From assembly GCA_963663865.1 (NCBI GenBank), contig OY760686.1, positions 1,024,001-1,088,000 on the forward strand: a stretch of 64,000 nucleotides of DNA, in the 5' to 3' direction. A program made the position numbers and the translations under genes. Numbering within the stretch: the stretch's first letter is position 1; each line of letters opens with the position of its first letter. The notes beneath the pieces were generated by a model. It had not been told where the DNA came from. It ran no database searches and saw only the letters and a program-made list of their open reading frames with translations. The DNA is from Spirochaetota bacterium (GTDB taxonomy: Bacteria > Spirochaetota > UBA4802 > UBA5550). Positions 62,701 through 64,000 of this stretch are shown piece by piece.

Positions 62701-63934
62701 TTGGAACAGCATGGGCTGAGTCAAACCTGATTCCGTCGATTTCGAATGCATCAATCAGGGTTCTTACCGAATCGGTAACCCACTTCCAGACCTCAAACTT
62801 CCTGTAGTTCAGAAGCTTCCCGTCATTCCACGAGCCGTACCTTCCGTCTGTTGAAGCGCGTAAAACAAGGTTCCCGTCCGCGTCATAGGTCTGCACGGCC
62901 AGCTCATCGGGGAGATGGGAGCTTCTTCTGTTAATATGCGGGACGACGTCGATAATTATCTTTATGCCAAGGGAATGGGCCTTACTGATAAGCTTTCGGA
63001 ATTCATTTTCACCGCCGAGTGACGGTTCAATATCTATTAGGCTCATTGGAGAAAAGGGAGAGGGCGAACTTGCTTCAGGAGCCCAATCTTCCCGGTTGGA
63101 GCCCCGTTTCTGAGCTCCTAACAGATATATGGATGTTATGTAGTACTTCTCACGTATATCTTCAAGGTGTGCTGTAATATCGGAAAAATTGCCAAGCCTG
63201 ATGACCTCTCCATTCTCGTTATAGAGAAGCCCGGGATGTCCATCGTCGGAATGCCAGTAGGCCTTCGTGTGACCGTGAATATCTGTGAAAATTTCAAGGA
63301 TGATCTCTCCTCTGACATCGGGCAATACATTTACTCTTCCGCTTGAGCCGTCTTCATTGATCCATTCGCTGTTTCTGTTTTTCTTCCTGACTACAGTATA
63401 ATCGTATTGCCCGGTCTTTTTGAATGTATAAGTGCAGAAGAAATTACCATTCTTTCTGCTGTGCTTCAGTGGTATTTCCTCAAACTGAATGTACTTTTCT
63501 GTGAAGATGTCATCTTTTGAGCCGTTGGTGTATACTCTCAAAAAGTATTTGTATTTGGATGAAACGGGCAGAACAAATTCAAAGTGATGTGATGATCCGG
63601 TAAGCGTAGTCATAAAACTTGTAGCAAGAGGGGCATCGTATTCTTTCGGTGCGAATATCCTCTCCAGGATAATGTTGGCTCTGTTTCGAACCTCGTGAAT
63701 ATCGTGGCCTGAGGCAGCGACGAGTATTTTTATAACTTCGGTAAGCGATTTAAGATCGCTGTCTGCTTTGTATCGTCTTGCCATCGACTCAATTGTCTTA
63801 ATGGATTTGAGACATGTCTCATGGTCGAAGTTGAGCTCATCCTTTTTTGGCCGGGCGTTAAGCATTTTCAGCAGCGTGTGCCGGGTGTGTGAAGTAAAAG
63901 GCAGCGCTGGTTCTCTTGAGGGCTTTTCAGGCAT
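59759..63934 (-). CDS. GH13 alpha-amylase domain fused to a GT5 glycogen/starch synthase domain
   Basis: GH13: DVVPH, DGIRFDSAH, IAECYW, NHDE. GT5: AEADPFSKSGGLANV, RVSEQKG, MPS.HEPGGISQ, TGGLKDT. Confidence 0.85.
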   Translation of the reverse strand: MPEKPSREPALPFTSHTRHTLLKMLNARPKKDELNFDHETCLKSIKTIESMARRYKADSDLKSLTEVIKILVAASGHDIHEVRNRANIILERIFAPKEYDAPLATSFMTTLTGSSHHFEFVLPVSSKYKYFLRVYTNGSKDDIFTEKYIQFEEIPLKHSRKNGNFFCTYTFKKTGQYDYTVVRKKNRNSEWINEDGSSGRVNVLPDVRGEIILEIFTDIHGHTKAYWHSDDGHPGLLYNENGEVIRLGNFSDITAHLEDIREKYYITSIYLLGAQKRGSNREDWAPEASSPSPFSPMSLIDIEPSLGGENEFRKLISKAHSLGIKIIIDVVPHINRRSSHLPDELAVQTYDADGNLVLRASTDGRYGSWNDGKLLNYRKFEVWKWVTDSVRTLIDAFEIDGIRFDSAHAVPIMMKKNNTLKHYSHKRSIDDMVEGTIIVNDREYGHYLTTGYYDSECRERIAVPFHQYMMQGIERKLRDKKKNFFINIAECYWGHEKYLTRSGLIPYNSSLFKICENIVHGKTDVREIYHLFDNYFPSVLPPGAEFLGIFGNHDERRALNTFGLRGLRACIGLTSFMSNIIMDYEGSAEGESWKVYLDNIYVNWNQFEYAAHRSVDPFYRTWYKFHRTARGKGYMIWAGNNMVAAAMKFCRNDVYIGAFNFSESTQNITLQFDNPSLPINDDDCYILEDTVYSKTTGRYGYYTGKELKASKLNTVVSFTDRVKLFRMKRTKFDENYLSILTDSFYRLCELSDTDKIESNFAFYEICKACESYEVIEHFITETLSPQFKEKHRELLKLGIKRAVYYMFRRKIISTDVLKHYKDNMENSGNNLMREIASYLVRENRRGNIVFMSAEADPFSKSGGLANVVYELPRKMAQLGENVYVITALYRFGTDNSNRKMQNSIEKYQITYTGKNVKFYIMDEEYTAGVHYGIVDGVHYFLLDHYEFFDGLYWGITSSEKMRRRIAFSRACAEVIVLFGLNPYFTFTNDAYAGIFNGIVRSDSYYSGSRAFKHNKFLHIVHNGGWQYFDSYHRYENGFDLFNLFNLPSWRYNDFTDPHHNDRINCMAAGIRFSDKVITVSPSYAKQIEFACDGLESILNEVIGISNAIGEDFKSRLQDQFNKSGFIEKNYSNLIREIKSSPLLLDKIRGHYPEILQGPNHPDRVADPARRRKVSRIRNKMLLQCERGLTVDPDIIMFTMIHRVSEQKGFQLLLEASEGIFKNLNLQGIIGGAPSSGDGRGEEIARGLYMLGGYYPKSVSVSIGFQDICVPLMSSDLFLMPSMHEPGGISQLEAFAAGCLVVARATGGLKDTVDPIRQEGAYIKGNGFLFSDYHSWAFYDAMHRAVKFLTTSSEKQIAQAYANAEESAYYWDRPATEYINSIYGLTETVRLI

Positions 63935-64000
63935 CGCTTCTGTTAGATACCTGACGTATTCGATTACTGAATCGGTAAGAAGGTTAAGTCCCCTTGAAAC

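Overview
Bacterial chromosomal window with moderate GC. The gene mix (lipoproteins, OmpA-type and HEAT-repeat proteins, LptE, MCP, an [FeFe]-hydrogenase-associated regulator) suggests an anaerobic diderm, possibly a free-living spirochaete; this is inference only. Housekeeping genes include mazG (partial), glyA, comM/yifB, polA, glgP, tldD/pmbA, holA and lptE. An AT-richer accessory block at ~8.5-18.6 kb carries an IrtAB-like ABC pair, a cluster of palindromic repeats bracketing an ORF6N gene, a complete group II intron inserted into the loop of a hairpin, and a repeat-rich surface lipoprotein. Other modules are ablAB osmolyte synthesis with an SSS symporter, a PerR-peroxiredoxin pair with a visible operator, and a chromate transporter pair. 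The best candidates for undescribed biology are: (1) a translationally coupled three-gene operon of a putative carboxylate-amine ligase, a phosphatidylserine-decarboxylase homolog and a divergent Lgt homolog; (2) an intact IS110 (bridge-recombinase family) homolog whose catalytic residues are eroded, suggesting domestication; (3) a 1391-aa GH13-GT5 fusion; (4) the repeat/cassette region. All family assignments come from motif recognition by eye; no searches were run.
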